Shown here piece by piece: positions 6,359 through 7,946 of a DNA stretch of 7,946 nucleotides. Source of the stretch: Nostoc sp. ChiQUE01b (GTDB lineage: Bacteria; Cyanobacteriota; Cyanobacteriia; Cyanobacteriales; Nostocaceae). The stretch covers positions 1-7,946 of the forward strand of contig NZ_JAVRBM010000030.1 in NCBI RefSeq assembly GCF_034531255.1, given 5' to 3'. Within the stretch, counting starts at the first letter, position 1. The number at the start of each line of letters is the position of its first letter. The notes below the pieces were generated by a model, which saw only the letters and a program-made list of their open reading frames with translations, was not told the DNA's origin and ran no database searches. A program made the translations under genes and the position numbers.

Positions 6359-7946
6359 CTCCCCATCATCTACCTTTAGGAAATCTTACCAATGTCCCAG
6401 AATTACCACCGCACTTTTTACTCCGTCCCCAACAACTTACGCCCTTAAAACACAAGGTATTGTTGCTAACAAAACAACCTGTGGGGATTACAGGGAAAAG
6501 CCGCCGTGTTGGTGTGCAAGGAATGGGCGGAATTGGTAAAACAGTCTTAGCTACAGCACTGGCGCGGGATGAAGAGGTCAGAAAGGCGTTTCCTGATGGG
6601 GTGTTTTGGGTAACATTTGGACAAACACCCCAGATTTTGACTTGGCAATCCTATCTTGCTCAGGCGTTAGGCGACTTGCAAGCGGCCTTTACCGAGATTG
6701 GATTGGCGAAAGCACGGTTGCGAGAGCTGTTTGCAGATAAAGCTTGCTTGCTGATTTTGGATGATATTTGGCGTTTGGATGATGCGACGGCGTTTGATGT
6801 GTTAGGAGAACGGTGTCAAATGTTAGTTACCACCCGTAATGTAGCAATAGTTACAGGGATGGGAGGGGAAGAATATCAGCTTGAGGTCTTAGATGCACAA
6901 CAGGCGTTAGCACTTTTGGCAGATTGGGCAAATCAACCGCAGATCATTGACCCCACACAGCAAAATGATGTCATCTTGCAGGTAGCGCGGGAATGTGGAT
7001 ATTTGCCCTTAGCATTGGCGATGGTAGGGGCGATGATGCGCTTTAAACCGCCAAATCGCTGGCACAATATTTTAGAAAAACTACGTAGTGCTGATTTAGA
7101 GAAAATCAAACAACAGTTTCCCGATTATCCTTATCCAAATTTACTCAAGGCAATTCAGGTGAGTGTGGAGGATATGTCTGAGAATTATCAACAGCGATAT
7201 TTAGATTTTGCGGTCTTTCCTGAAGATACACCAATACCAGAAGCAGTATTGCAGACTTTTTGGCAACCGTTGGGGTTAGATGAGTTTGATAGCCAAGATG
7301 TGATTGATGAATTAGTGAGTAAATCTCTGGCTTTGCGGGATGAAGCGGGAAGTTTGCGCTTGCATGACTTGCAGTTTGATTATGTCAGAAAGCAGCACGC
7401 CACCTTAGTAACCGAAAGTGGAAGGATAGGTTTTTTGCACAATCGTCTATTAAATGCCTATAGTGAAAAATACTCTGAAGGTTGGCATAGTTTAGAAAAT
7501 GACGGTTATATCTATCAAAATTTAGCCTATCACTTGCAGACAGGGGGAAGGGAAACAGAATTACAACAACTGCTGTGTGATTTTCGCTGGTTGCAGGCGA
7601 AGTTGGAGAACACTAATGTTAATGGTTTGATAGCAGATTATGATTTTTTGCCTGAAGATGAGAATTTACAGTTAATTCAAGGTGCATTGCGACTGTCGGC
7701 ACATTTTTTAAATCAAGATAAACAGCAATTACCAGGGCAATTATTAGGGCGGTTGCTGGGTTTTGAAAGAGAAGAAATTCAAAGATTGTTAACGCAGGCG
7801 CAGCAATGCAAAACCCCTTCCTTGCTTCCCCAAACAGCCAGCTTGGCTCCCCCTGGCGGTTCCTTAGTACGTACCCTAGCAGGTCATAGCGACTCGGTAA
7901 ACGCAGTTGCCCTCACCCCAGATGGTCAGTACGTAATTTCAGGTTC
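6343..7946 (+). CDS. NB-ARC (Apaf-1/R-protein type) STAND NTPase with helical sensor-linker and the start of a WD40 repeat array; 3'-partial and lacking its own canonical start
   Basis: I translated frame 1 by hand. There is no stop from 6343 to the window end (more than 530 codons). The ORF is not in the supplied track because it has no ATG start and runs off the window. Motifs: Walker A GMGGIGKT (6520-6543), Walker B LLILDDIW (6748-6771), LVTTRN (6823-6840), GYLPLAL (6997-7017), an MHD-like LHD (7360-7368), then an Apaf-1-like helical region. The first WD40 repeat is SLVRTLAGHSDSVNAVALTPDGQYVISGS (7861-7946). The only in-frame start-like codons before the P-loop are TTG 6460/6463 and GTG 6481. 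These would remove the conserved pre-P-loop segment PHFLLRPQQLTPLKHKVL. Confidence 0.85.

Noticed and set aside
6392-6448. ATG at 6392 (MSQNYHRTFYSVPNNLRP-stop) as a possible start for the NB-ARC gene
   Set aside because: It is in frame 2, not the NB-ARC frame, and stops after 18 codons. It cannot initiate the NTPase ORF.

Overview
The window is cyanobacterial chromosomal DNA. The HIP1 octamer GCGATCGC occurs 6 times (373, 1787, 3508, 4043, 5144, 6134), against about 0.1 expected by chance. There are four blocks. (1) nt 1-311 is a decayed 3' remnant of a paralogous hybrid histidine kinase; its old stop overlaps the next gene's start (ATGA). (2) nt 308-4579 is one very large (about 1423 aa) hybrid sensor kinase with two complete HisKA-HATPase-REC modules. 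An 87-nt heptamer-repeat palindrome sits in frame in the linker after the first kinase core. (3) nt 4711-5335, minus strand, is a VapBC-type toxin-antitoxin pair (AbrB/SpoVT antitoxin plus PIN toxin) with a perfect 9-bp inverted repeat upstream. (4) nt 5765 to the window end is the most interesting locus. A 197-aa minimal caspase-like (CHAT-type His/Cys) ORF ends just after an A9 homopolymer. It is followed, one frame over, by an ORF that stays open to the window edge, has no ATG start and is absent from the supplied ORF track. That ORF encodes an NB-ARC (Apaf-1/R-protein type) STAND NTPase running into WD40 repeats. A -1 shift or one extra A in the A9 run fuses the two into a caspase-like/NB-ARC/WD40 protein, an apoptosome-like, Avs-like candidate conflict or programmed-cell-death system. 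All domain calls come from motif recognition by eye; no database search was run.
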